From: Microthyrium microscopicum
Lineage: Eukaryota
Length of the DNA stretch: 64,000 nucleotides
Direction: 5' to 3'
Assembly: GCA_010405405.1 (NCBI GenBank)
Contig: MU004232.1
Coordinates: forward strand, 391,481 to 455,480
Position 1 is the stretch's first letter, and every line of letters begins with the position of its first letter. Positions 25,770-37,999 of this stretch are shown here, one piece after another. A program made the position numbers and the translations under genes. The notes beneath the pieces are model-generated. The model ran no database searches, was not told the DNA's origin, and saw only the letters and a program-made list of their open reading frames with translations.

Positions 25770-26468
25770 ATGACTTCAATTAGCAGTCCCAAAGTCGAGG
25801 ATGAACTCGAGAAGCAAAAGAAGTTCTCGCCATCCACTTCTAAGAAAGCCTGCTTTCTCGGAATTCCAACCGAACTACGATGCGAGATCTACAAGAAGTA
25901 TTTCGAGAAAATCGCAAGTCAAGAACGCTACACGAGTCAAGTTCCACAGGTCTTCGATGAAGCCAACGCTCTCTTTTTGGTCAGCAAACAAGTCTACAAT
26001 GAGTCTCGAGATTTGTTTCGCAGCCATATTCTCCGCCCGCCCATGAAGGCATTCGATCTCTTTGCCGACAGCTGGCCAGACTTCAAGAAGACATTTCGAA
26101 GGATCCCCCGCCCTTTGTGGTCACAACCGAACTGCGAATTCAATGTGCAGCTGTGTATACTGAACAGTCCAAAGAGTGGCAACAACTACCCAATCGCCAA
26201 AATTCTCAATGTCATCGCCTGCGATTTGGGCTTTGAGAGCCATGTCGAACTGGCACGGGTCTCACCGCTGTATACGGATATCTATTCGCAACTGAGAGTC
26301 CACCAAAAACGGATCTACGAAATGGATGGTGGCGAAGGCTGTACACTGGATTTCAAGGTCGAGACGCACAGCGAACTCTGCGATTGGGAGTACGTCCATA
26401 TTCAGGGTGAACTGAAGGACATTCTCAAAATTCGCTGTCTCGAGCAGATCCTTGAGATTGAAGACTGA
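25770..26468 (+). CDS. Hypothetical protein with an F-box-like N-terminal motif
   Basis: 'CFLGIPTELRCEIYKKYF' and 'LFLVSKQVYNES' resemble fungal F-box-like proteins. Confidence 0.65.
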   Translation: MTSISSPKVEDELEKQKKFSPSTSKKACFLGIPTELRCEIYKKYFEKIASQERYTSQVPQVFDEANALFLVSKQVYNESRDLFRSHILRPPMKAFDLFADSWPDFKKTFRRIPRPLWSQPNCEFNVQLCILNSPKSGNNYPIAKILNVIACDLGFESHVELARVSPLYTDIYSQLRVHQKRIYEMDGGEGCTLDFKVETHSELCDWEYVHIQGELKDILKIRCLEQILEIED

Positions 26469-27197
26469 TGCGTGAGTTCATATCAGCATGACACTTGAGC
26501 CAAGGGCTCAGATATCTGTCAGCCTGTCACTATGCTTGGTAGCCAGGAACTTCATAGTTCGAATTGATTTGTTATAATCCTTGTCCGGTGTTTCTGTTCA
26601 GTGCTATCGCCTTTTCCACACGATAAAAAACTAAACGATAGAGCTTATGTTTCTTTAAGGGCACAGTATCATGCAATACACATACAGTCGAGGAAATCTC
26701 TTTATTTTCAATAGATCACTTCTGGATTGCAAGGGACTTAACAACGACTGGCCAGTGGTCACGGAGTGTAGATTACAACAAGTTGTACAAGCAACATCAC
26801 ATCAAAGATGCTAATCTTCTTATGAGGCCTGCCACTGATTAATGGCTAAAATAGGTAATTCACAAGGTCAAACAAAGTGGGTATTCAAAGTGTATTAGAC
26901 TCTAAGAGTTCTATCTATAACAGGGAAGTTAACTATACGGGGTATCTTGGGTATCTTGTCGTAGCCACTGTGTAATTCGTTTGCTGGGCAACAGGTATTC
27001 ATGATTACCTCGAAACCCTATATCGGCCGATCTCCTCACACTGCTCGAAAGAGTAGTAGCACAAATGCTTATGGGAGGAGTGGATGAAAGGATTCGAGGT
27101 TGTAAACATTCAAAGACAAAGGCACTGCGGGTTTTAGTGAGTCGAGGACGGATTTGAGCTGTAGAGTACTTACCGCCTGAAGAAGCGCCGGGTGGGA

Positions 27198-27350
27198 ACA
27201 AGAGTAAACATGTCGAACTTGTGTGCGACTTCGTTAGGAAGGCATAAGTATGTTGTGTCCTGGCGGGGAGGGGATTGGGATTTTGTTAGGTATACAAGAG
27301 TAGACGTGTCGAACTTGTGTGCGACTTATGGGCAAGGCTTAAGTATGTTG
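27198..27350. repeat. Two imperfect ~57-bp direct repeats, 96 bp apart
   Basis: 'acaagagta[a/g]ac[a/g]tgtcgaacttgtgtgcgactt...aagtatgttg' occurs at 27198 and 27294. Confidence 0.8.
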
Positions 27351-27549
27351 GATTATCGTCGCAAAGGGAAGGGTAAGGGGAACGTGTACGCATGATAGTT
27401 CCTTGTAAGAGTCATTGTAGCCAACACAAATCCAGGCTGGTCGAGAAGGGCGGAGGAAGCACTGTAGGGAGGAGGAACGAGTCGAGGATCAAGCCGCCTG
27501 GGAACGAGATGTTAGTAATATCTCAGTAAGGGGAAGTATGGTCCTCACC

Positions 27550-28450
27550 TCAACGCTTCAGAGCCCACAGTGTATAAGCATGGCGGCGACGGCGAGTTTC
27601 AACGTCTTCCGCCTGGTCAACCTGGAGAACTTCTAATACCATAGCCTCCAACTCTTTGTAGAGCTTCGTGATTTCCCTATCTTTGCGGTCCTTTGGCTGT
27701 TTGGGTCGAAGCAGCTGGACGATTTGAGAAACAACTGGGCCGAAATCGTTTGGCGCGGTTCGATCCTCAAGAAGTGCTTTCAAGACGGTACTATCCGTGA
27801 ACTTGATGTCTGCAATTCGATGCTGGTAGCGGATCTTCGAATCGAAGTCTTGAAGTATCTCGCTGTTTTGCGGAGACGGCGTTGCCGCTTCAACTCGTTC
27901 GAGATACTTGGAAGGCGTGCCAACGCAAAAGCTCTTACGCTTCGCCTGTGCCTTGGACGCCTTTCTCTCGCGCTTTGAGCCCAAAAGGTCTGAAGGATTA
28001 GGGAAGTAGCTGCTTCTACGACGGGGCGTGGGAGGTGTGACCTCGAAGTCTCCAGTCGTCTTTTCAATGAGAAAGAGTTTGTCCGCAACATCCTTTAATC
28101 GCTGTTGTCGCATCTCGTAAGATTGGTTGCAGGACTTGCATTTTTCGTGATTACCTGATGTAGCAGTGGTTAGCCCACTACCTAGATATCAACCCATGTT
28201 GGACAATTCATGCTTACCATCGCGAAGGGGAGTGCCATGAAACTTCTTGCACATCACCATGTGCTCGACGGCGCCAAGGCAATTGGTCATCTCTCTACGG
28301 CACCAGCAATGGTGTTCTGAAGAAACGTAAGCGTAAGAAACGATACAAGACGACTGGTGGTGGTGAGTACTTACCATAAATACCCAAATCCTTAGCCGAC
28401 GCTGGATTTTTGTTCCACTCAGCGTAAAACTCGGAGCCTTTAGAAGCCAT
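27550..28450 (-). CDS. Orphan paralog A with an N-terminal Cys/His cluster, 3 coding exons
   Basis: Spliced product: MASKGSEFYAEWNKNPASAKDLGIY|EHHCWCRREMTNCLGAVEHMVMCKKFHGTPLRD|GNHEKCKSCNQSYEMRQQRLKD...LLEDRTAP...ETRRRRHAYTLW. Canonical gtaagt/gtaagc donors. Confidence 0.75.
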
Positions 28451-31265
28451 AGCTTTGGGTATAGACTGGAGTTGGTGGTAGTCAAGGAGGAATTGAGGCT
28501 TGAGAGGATTTACGGATATTGGCCGTAGGGTGGACGATGATATCAGGGTTGCGGAAAGTCGAGTGGGTTCGTGGTGGGTGGGAGTTAAGGAAATTGGAGA
28601 AGGAAAACACCAGGAGAGCTGCTATGTCGCCGAGGAATATACCACCGAACGCTCCCGAAGTGACTGAAGACCGAGATGCCCTCGATGGACGCAACGCGTT
28701 GTGTGTACATATCAACCATCGTGGAAGTCACTGAGCAACCTAAGCTTCACCTCAAAACCTCCGCAAAATACGCCCCTCGCGGAAGCCTCTCGTGGCTGAT
28801 AGTGCTTGGAGAAAGCGGTAGTCGCGATCTCATGAGAGCATCCATTCGCCTTGCTGCCCGTTCATATAAAAAGCGAACGATGTCTTCGACCAATCCTCAG
28901 AACCGCCATCATGTAGAGCTGCTAGGTGTTGACTGGCGACGGCATTGCCTTCAGATACTACTCCTCCAACCTCAGAACCCGCGCAGAGAGCATTAGATCT
29001 GGCGGTAGCTACTTTTGTAAGTTATGTCTTCATGACAGGCGGAGGCTTCAATCACGTTTGTTCATTCTCGCAAACCCTCGTAGCCCCTATCGCGTATAAA
29101 GCTTGCAATGATATATACCACGGGCTCTAAACTTTGACCAACTGCGCCCTGCACCTCTCTCACACGGCTGGTTTCCCGTGTCACTTCAGAGTTCTTCTCC
29201 AGTTTATCTCGGTTCAGTCTTCTCTCCTTGGGAAAGAACACCTAAGAATAGAGTCTGTATTTGAGGAGCTCAGGATGAATATTATCATGGCGGTTGAAGT
29301 TAAACGAAGTCACATAAGACGGCCAGTCAATGAAGTGATATCAAAGCGCAAAGGGACCATCAAAGATCATGTTCGATATTCGATTGCGATTCCATCGCCT
29401 GAGAGGCCCGTCATCTCTGGCCACTGGCAGATATCGAGGACTTCGACGAATTGCCTCTTCATAGTCCTGATTGAGAGTGCCGCTTGAAGCTCATGCCCGT
29501 ACGTCCCACCAACGCAGTGAGCATGGAATTTTGGAATGGCCGAGTAGCGGTGTCTGAATCGCTCGCCATCTCAAAAGAACCCTTGGCTGGAGTAGGCGTC
29601 ACAATCGATTTCCTGCCATTTTAGGTTCTTGCTGTAGCATTCGCGTGAGCTGATGAGTTACTGTGCTTACACTTCGGAAGAAGAACTGCTTTGTTCTCGT
29701 GGCTCCTCTTCGTACCCTCGACATATTTTTGTCTATGGGCTTCAGACAATGGAAGAAAGCGCAGGACATCAAATGATCGTTCTATTCAACGCATGTTCCC
29801 CAGCTCACCAGGCCAGGGCTCTTCAGCTAACAATTCTGAGCATCAGATCTGGAAAATGACTCGGTAGTGACGAATGTACATGAGTAGCAAGCATGTCTGT
29901 TTCGACGATTAAGCAACGAGCCGTTGGTCTCCTCGAGGATTGATGATACAGTCTAATAGCTTTCTTTGTTCCACTAAAGTCCAGAAAAGATAAAGGTCGG
30001 GCGGCTTTGGTAATGTCCTCCATGTTGTGCATGGTACATTAAATCTGTCGACCTCCAGTCTTCATGTGGTCTCATAGTCTAATCCAACGCTTGTCGAGCC
30101 TGACCAGGGGGTCGTAATGCTGTAGGCTTTTGTGGCAGCCCGGGCCCGTCCATCTCTAATTGGTAGCCATTATACTCTAGATCCAATGGACAATGGATGG
30201 TATTTCAAAACTTGTTTGCTTTTCTGGAGCAGTACATGCATTTTTTGTAGAAAGCTCTCTTGATATTCAAATAAATAAATGATATCGAGTGAGCGTAGTT
30301 ACTTAGTTCGATCTTATCATTCGAAAGTCCTGCACAGACAGTGAGCGTGGCTGAAAATAGTAGCAAGCATTGCTCGAGTTGAAGTAGATCAGAAGGTTTT
30401 AGATCACTAGACATGCTCCAAAAGGGTGAGAGCTTCAAGAGATATCTTATGAGTAGCTAGAATATCTTGATAGCCTATAAATGCGGTTTTTTGGGTGTAT
30501 GGATCTTCAAAGTAACAAGATATTGGTCAGTGACTGACCTCAGGGTATGTAATGGAATGTTTGGCATTCAATCAGTCCGCCGGGCTGGACCAGTGTTGCT
30601 GGCCGTTACGGTGGCCGCCATTTAATTTGCTGAAGGTAAATTCTTTAGCCCCTATCGAGTGTATGTGACTCCTAGATTATCGGATGTGGTAGGAAATAGA
30701 GCCGTGTGGTTTCCAGAAGGCATTTTATCGCAGATGACGAAGTTGCTGGCAGCAGCACTCAAATCATTGGCTGATTCGACACCAAAGAGTCAAGAATAGC
30801 TTCTAGCGAGAAAGAGAAATCCATGGGACTGCTCATAGCCTTCTATACTTACAAAGGTAAGACTAGCTCCAGCGGGGAGATAGTTTTAGAGTATGAAATT
30901 TCTAACAAGATTGGAGGACAGCTAATATCACAACGTCTTTTAGAATAAGTCACGAAATTCAAAGTGAGCAGCATGGTTTTAATTTAAATGTTTGAAGAGA
31001 AGTTCAATCATAGAACAAAGGCCAGCAAAAGGACAATAAATCCAAAAAAGACCAGCACAGAGAACGTCTCGTACCTCAACGTCGTTGCAAATGCTGTCCA
31101 CAAAACCGCTCGGGGTATAGTGCAAGGGAAGACTAAATATGAGGCCTTCGCGTGTATGGAAGCCAATCGCGTAAAGCAATTAAGAAATGCTGGGGGTATA
31201 GTTCATGCAGAAGAAGTGTAAACAAGGTGTAAGCCAAACAGGAAAGGTACTCGAGCGTACAGAAG

Positions 31266-32291
31266 CTAGTTCATGCTGACGTCTAGAGTGCGAGAGTTAG
31301 TTGGCTGACTTTAGCTTTGATTCACAGTCAGCAAAAACTTACTTCCTCTTTGTGTCCAAAGGGCATAAGAGATCCTCCTCTTCCTCGTCTCGATCTCCTC
31401 GCCTCTATCTGCCTCAAAAAGCGAGAGAATCAGTCGTGTAAGCTCAGAATAGAGCTTCCTGACTTCCGACGAATCAACCCTTTTCTGAGGCCTGAGAAGC
31501 TCGATCGCGTTCTCCACCGCCTTGCTGTCGACTGGGGCCGTAGGGTCCTCCAAGAGTGCTTCCATCATTTCGTCAGTCAAGATAGCTGTCGACATCGATG
31601 ATTTGTACCTCATTACAGCATCAAGATCTTGTAGAAGCTGGTTCCTCTCTGGTTCGGGGAGGATGGTCTCGACCTTCTGTATCAGCCAGGCTGGAGTGAC
31701 CAACCCACCTTTCTTTGCCTTTTCGGCAGACTTCATCGCTTTTTCCAGCGCCTTTGCCGCCCTCTTTTCTTTTGCCGAGGATGCCTTGCCATTTGGAGTG
31801 CTAACGCCGCTAGTTTGGGCAATTCCGGGTGTATCCACGGGTTCATCTACGGGAACTGGCGGCCCGGAGGGGAGCACCGCGCCGGCTGGCTCAGCGAATA
31901 TTCCTTTTCCGGCCTGGCTTTCACCAGTGAGGTCTCCAATTTTGGAGAGTTGCTTGGCGATTTCCTTGAGGCGAGCCTGTCGTGTCGTGTAGCCTCTATT
32001 ACAATGCTCGCACTTTCCATCTTCATTATCTACGAAATCGGTTAGATACGTCTTGCCAGATTAGATAACGTGGAATCTTACTGTCTCTAAAAGCCGTGCC
32101 ATGATATCTTTCGCAGCAGACTTCGTGGCCACCCAGACAATGCTTGATTGCCCTCCCACAATGGCAATGGTGCTCTGATATGGTTAGTGGAGTCTCGAGT
32201 AATGAATATGGTCATGCGACTTACTTAGAACTCCCAAAGCAATGATGCTCTTAGGGTTTTTGTACCATGTTGATCGGAAGGCATTGGTCAT
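31266..32291 (-). CDS. Orphan paralog B with an N-terminal Cys/His cluster, 4 exons
   Basis: Spliced product: MTNAFRSTWYKNPKSIIALGVL|KHHCHCGRAIKHCLGGHEVCCERYHGTAFRD|NNEDGKCEHCNRGYTTRQARLKE...LLEDPTAP...ETRKRRISYALW. Its first two introns sit at the same positions as in paralog A. Confidence 0.75.
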
Positions 32292-33654
32292 TTTTGCGAT
32301 GTAAATTGTATGTGGTATTCGGGGAGGCGTCGATGGGTGTTGGGCCGGGAAGAGGCAGAGATTGACCGTGGAAGAAGAAGACGCGTCCGCGATATATGGC
32401 AAGGGAAGGTAAGGTAATTCGTTATGCGCGCCAAAGAGAGCGATAACTCGGGATGATAGAAAGAATTATAATATGGCCGCGATATCCAAGTTCTGATAAT
32501 CAGTAGCTGATAAGTGGAGCTGAGTTAGGCCAGTTCACAACCAAAGATGGAGGGTGGAAGGGTAAGTTGGGGAAAGAAAAGATTGGGCAGTGAAAAGAAG
32601 TCTGAAGGGCACCGAAAACCACTGAGGTTCGAGGGAGTGTTGCTGTAGTGAAGAAGTGCGCCTTCAGGAGTCTCCCTAGTTGGGAGCAACGAGGGTGAGG
32701 AAGTGACAGACTGGAGTCACTTTGGCGAACACCTCCAACCTGGAAAATTCCATAGCTTCTGCCAGGTGACCGAAATGCGAGGTGAAGCATCGTTCAAAAA
32801 GCACCTCCCGGCGATAATCAAAGGATGCTAATGGCCCACATAGCGCGGGGAACTTGAATAGCCAGAAGTTCGAAAGCATTGATCTCGAACTATGTTATAT
32901 AGAATTACAATTGTAATGACAGCACTGATATCAGCGGCCCCTCCCAGCATTACCCTTACATCGAGACATGTAGCTTGACTTCGACACTCAAGAAACCATG
33001 AACGTCTGGCGAGAATATTGGAGCGGGATCCAATCTGGCACGCTCTATCATTGGGCTTTGAAATACCCAATAAGTCCGTAAACAGCCGCGTAGACACTGA
33101 ATGCGCTTGTAAGCAGACCATATGCGCCACATTTCACGTACTGGATGCTCTTGAAAATTGTAATACATCTGGAATATCTGGGAGATCTGGGATGGGTTGG
33201 CTGAATCAACGTCCTGCAGAACGTTTCATATTTTAAAACCTTAGAATCATATATTCAATATGGCATCAGCAATCTTAAGTTTTTATTTGTTTGTGGACCT
33301 ATCAAATGATGAGATGAAGTTAGAGCTCAGCCTGATGGGCGCAAACAGTTGTCATTGGCCAGCAGACCATCGCGACCAGCAACAAGCCAGAAATCTAGCG
33401 GCAGTATTGTAGTGCATGTCAAGTATTTGATCTTGACAAGTGCTTTTATTCATATTGATAGATTACTACTTGTTACCGAAATATGCAAAAGATAGTCAAT
33501 TTAGGTGGGCCTCCTGAAGTCCCACTGTTACGATGATTTTCCAAGTTTGTCAGACCCATGATCCGTCATATCAATTTAGTTCAGTCAGCTGTTGTTCTGG
33601 CTGCTCAAGCAAACAAAGAGATGCAAGCCAAATGAGCGAGTACGAGGTTATTGT

Positions 33655-36558
33655 TCAGAGATCGCGGACGAGTCTGGCACCAGCCCAAACAAAGGGATAG
33701 TTTCTTTGATACCAGTTGACACTATTGAAGTCAGTCTTCACTCGCTCGAGTCCCTCTAGCTTTGCAGGAACTTACAATGACTTGCGGCCTGCGATTCTGG
33801 GATGCGTAGCCCAAGAGCCGCCAAGCACAATATTATGTTTGCCGTCAAAGAAATCGGCTAGAATCAATCAATTAGTGTCTGGACATTGGTTGCTGCGTAT
33901 GGGTAGTAGACTCACCAGTATATCCAGGATAAAGCTTCATAGGCTCAAACCCTTCATGCTTCTCCAGCACAGAGCTAGTCCATTCCCACGCACCGCCCAG
34001 TTCAGACTGGCCTGCCAGCTTATGTTCGCCAGTCACTGGCACAGGATGCCAGGACTTGAGGCCAACATTGGCAGATTGCAAGTCAATGAACAAGGACGAT
34101 GGGTCGAGAGATGGCGCTGCTCCATTGCTGGAGAAGTGGTGCTTGTCACCGTTGAATGGTGGCGTCTCTTCCACACCATCGTTGACAAGGTGTGAGTTGA
34201 CAGCAGGGGTCAAATCTGTCCGGTTTGAGACGTCTTTGTTTTTCATCTCTTCGACAAATTCGTAGATGCTCTTGGCTTCTTCGAGGGAAGGGATGCGGCC
34301 TCCCATCCAGCGAGCGCAGCCGGCAATTTCATCGTATGAGGCCATCACGGGCCAGTCAAGCGCAAACTTCAGTGGAACTTTGCCAAACACGGTTCGAACA
34401 GCTTTGTTGGAAACGAAAGTGGCAATGGATTGTCCATTGGTATGCCCATTGGTGTGTCCATTGGAAGTTACATTGATTGCGGTTGATGACAAGAAGGTCC
34501 AAGAAGCCGGAATCTTGTCACTTCCATGAGCTTCAAGATATTTCGCAAAGTCTCCATTGGTGATGGCCCTCTCCTTAGCTTCAAAGGCGCCGACCTGCGC
34601 AGATCTCGTGGGCTTTTCATTATCCCATCCGAAATATCTCGGTGCTTCCAAGTCCTGGTCGGGGTCATCCAGCCCAAGAGAAATGGTCCTAGCAGGTACC
34701 TTGACCCAGTAATTTCCGACAGCATTTGCCTTGGTCGCGCTCGCCAGAGCTTCGAAGTCCGGTACAACGACACCGACGGGAGGCACAGTTCGCTCGCTTT
34801 GAACTAACATATACAACAGAGTCTCCAGATGCATTGTCTCGTGCTCAAATCCCAGCCAGATGGCTTTACGAAGGGCACCGTTGCTCTTTAGCTCATCAGA
34901 CTTCAAGAGGTCCTTTACCCGCGTGCGCACGCTTTCCTGGTAGGCCAAGATCTGCTCCGCTGGCGGCCAAGTTTCCGGGACTTCGCTGTGATCATGGCAA
35001 AGCTCCGGATTGTCTACATCCGGATCAATTCCACGTTCAAAATGTTTCTGGTAATATTCCAGTTCCTTAGGGTTCGGAGATTTGCCAGTAGCTTTGGTAA
35101 GGTGGATATCCAAGAAAGTGGGAATATGACCCAGATAAAAGATACAAGCGTTGCGCAGCTTAATGGGTTTGGCAGTCAACTCTTCATGCGGAATCATTTT
35201 CTGTGTAATGATATCCCAAGCCGTCCAAAGGCTTTCCCAGTCCTGCAGTGATGGAACTGGGCCGGCGGCATACTCAGCGGGTTGCGACGGGAACATGACT
35301 GTAGGCTTGTATGCCATGTGTAATCCTGAAAGTTGTCAGTTTCGTTTGTCAAGCAGACGTCGATTACCAAATTATTTATTGATCGATAGTTTGGAATCAA
35401 TATCATCACAAGATATGGGAGAGAAGTATTAATCATAACATACCATAAGAGGAATCCTCATTCGCCCACCAGGAACCCTGGACTAAGCCTGCATCTCGGA
35501 ACAGCTGATTGGCCTCTTCCGCAGAGAACTTGTTGCTTTCCTCAATTTGGACCCGCTCGTCCTTGTGGATAGTTACACCGTCTACAACGACGTCTCGAAT
35601 TGGCGAAACGCAGGCTACGTGCCGTCCGCCATGTTCGTCATATCGATATTCGCCGATAACTCTCCAGTCCTCAATGTTGAATTGGTGGGATCCGAGGAGT
35701 TCGTTGGCATGCTCCAGACCGTTTAGGATGAACTTGTGAGTCGTACCTTGATTGTCATTGTAGGCGTGGAAGACTTGGCTTGGATCTTTACAGGCGTCGA
35801 TTCCAAGGAGCAAGCAATCTTGTGGCTGAAGAGTGCTGGCAAAGCTCCTCAGGAAACCGGCAGCTTCAGATTTAGTAAAGTTGCCAATACTTGAACCAAC
35901 ACTTAGAACTGCTTTTGGTTTATCCTTGATTCCTTCGGATTTCAGCCATTCCAGACCGTCGTCGTAGGTTGCATGCAGGCCGTAGCATCGAACGTGTTTG
36001 AATTGTCCAGTCTTGATGGCTCCAAGTGTTCGTTGCAATTCCTCGAGCGAGACATCCAGGGCATAATAATCAACCTTCTTTTCGGCCTTCTCCAGAGCAT
36101 TCAATAGGATCTCAATCTTCCTCAAGTTGCTAAAAAGTGTTAGTTCACGTCATCGTCCTCCGAATATCCAGTGATCAGAGGCCTCACCCTGATCCCAACT
36201 CCAAAATGATGCTGTTGTTTGCAATTCGCTCCGCAATACTGTCCGCATATCTCTCCAAAACTGAAATTTCTTTCGAGGTCAAATAGTACTCCGACAAGTA
36301 GGTGATCTTTTCGAAAAGGCGAAGACCAGATACATTGTATAGCAGCAGTGTTGGTAGTGTCTTGCCATGTCCACCTTCTGGTCGCAAGCCTTGCTTGATG
36401 TCCTCGAGCATGGAATATTCGACTCTTGCTTTTCTGATATCAATGATTGAGACGTCATTTTTTGGTACCGCTGGCTTTTCAACCCCAACGGGAGGCTGAA
36501 TGTCCGACGGATCCCTCACGGGAGCTCCGCGCATCGCGACTGGGCTTTCAACAGCCAT
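33655..36558 (-). CDS. egt1: Ergothioneine biosynthesis protein Egt1 (histidine methyltransferase + DinB_2 + FGE-sulfatase sulfoxide synthase), 5 exons
   Basis: Motifs: 'KTLPTLLLY..GLRLFEKITYL.EYYLT', 'ELGSG', 'LRNACIFYLGHIPTF', Fe-binding 'FEHETMHLETL', 'FGWDNE', 'DFFDGKHN.VLGGSWATHPRIAGR', 'NWYQRNYP'. Confidence 0.95.
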
Positions 36559-37999
36559 GATCACAACAAGCAAAAAACCAAGACTTCTAGAACTTGGGTT
36601 TTCGAGAGAATATGGATGAAGTTAAAGACAATTGTAGACAACAAATCGATTACAAGGTGATTGTATAGGAGATTTAATAGAACGAATCAGGGTCGGACCT
36701 TGACGTACGTGTGGAGATCACAGTTCAGGATCTCAGATCAAAGTATACAAAGCATCTGAAAACCAGCTTAACTTCGTCTTACGTTATGTTCTTATACAGG
36801 GATAATTTGATATGTCCATGGACTTTAAAATTTGCTGTACATGTTGTAGAGCCTTCCTTGTAGACAGACAGTATTACACAGCAAACGACATGCAAAGCAC
36901 TGAGCATAAACCGCGCAGCTGATTAAACATACGGACTTGATGACCGTTCATTGCTTGCATAACGGCACTCTTACCGTATTTGCGTGCTATTGGCGCTCAG
37001 CTGAAAGCCTTCAAAATAAAGCAGTCTAATCAAACGACGCATAGCATCCAAAACCTTCCTAAAAAGGTAAACAAGCATGCATCAGTAAGTACGGCCGCCC
37101 CACAGAATTCCATCTGCAGCTATCCAAGTACTACCTGCAGTAACCAAGCCTAGGCATGTGGAAGATTCATCCCTGACGGGATCCAATCCGAAGCCAAAAT
37201 GGCCACAGCTGCGTATAATTACATCCCCTTCTAGGCTTCCTTTGCTCGATTCGCCTGCGGTACCGGCGGTACAAGGTCCATAGCCGCGTCTTGCACGACC
37301 TCACTTCCCAATCCGCCAGGCTGGGGGAGTCTATGACGTGAAGTGGACTCTCACCCACAGGCTTTGCTAGTCCTCAAGAGGGAAGGTAAAGTCGCCACAG
37401 ACGTACAACTATAAAGAGTACACATGCGTAGCTAGGCGTATACGTGCCTAATTGAGCAGAAACGTGTGGTCTGGACCATTGGGCAATGGATGATGACGGA
37501 TCTTCGTGTCGTCGAAAAACACCATGTTCTATGCGAAGCTCGGGGCCAGGGGTAAACCGAATGATTGACCAGAGTGATGCTTGCTTGCAGGTCTACCTGT
37601 ACGGACCTTGGGGTTCCCCTCGAATGATCTGCCGCAGAGGAAAAAAGACTCTAGGTTGCCTTGTTGCATGGTTAGTTTGATATTAATATGCGCGGATGTC
37701 ACCGGCGTAGCGGGGTGCTTGGATGGCCCCGCGGAAGCTGTTGACAAATCCAGTTGAATGGTACAAGAACATGTCAGTAGAATAGCCATGATATGTTAAT
37801 CAAGGTCAGACTAAGAATGGCTGTGGTTAGATTCGATCATGTTTGCTCAAAATAGCAACAAACAGAGCGACTTTCAGCACTCAGCAATATCATAAGCAGA
37901 TACAGCCGTAGGCTCTGTGGACTTAATTCCGAAATGAAGCTCCATGACAGTCATGCATTTACTATTACTACAGAAAATCCCTAGAGGACATTAGTCTAA

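Noticed and set aside
27198..27350. CRISPR-like array
   Set aside because: Only two imperfect copies, in a eukaryotic genome with no cas genes.
28500..31250. Short ORFs between the two paralogs
   Set aside because: No recognisable motifs, splice pattern or inverted repeats; treated as intergenic.
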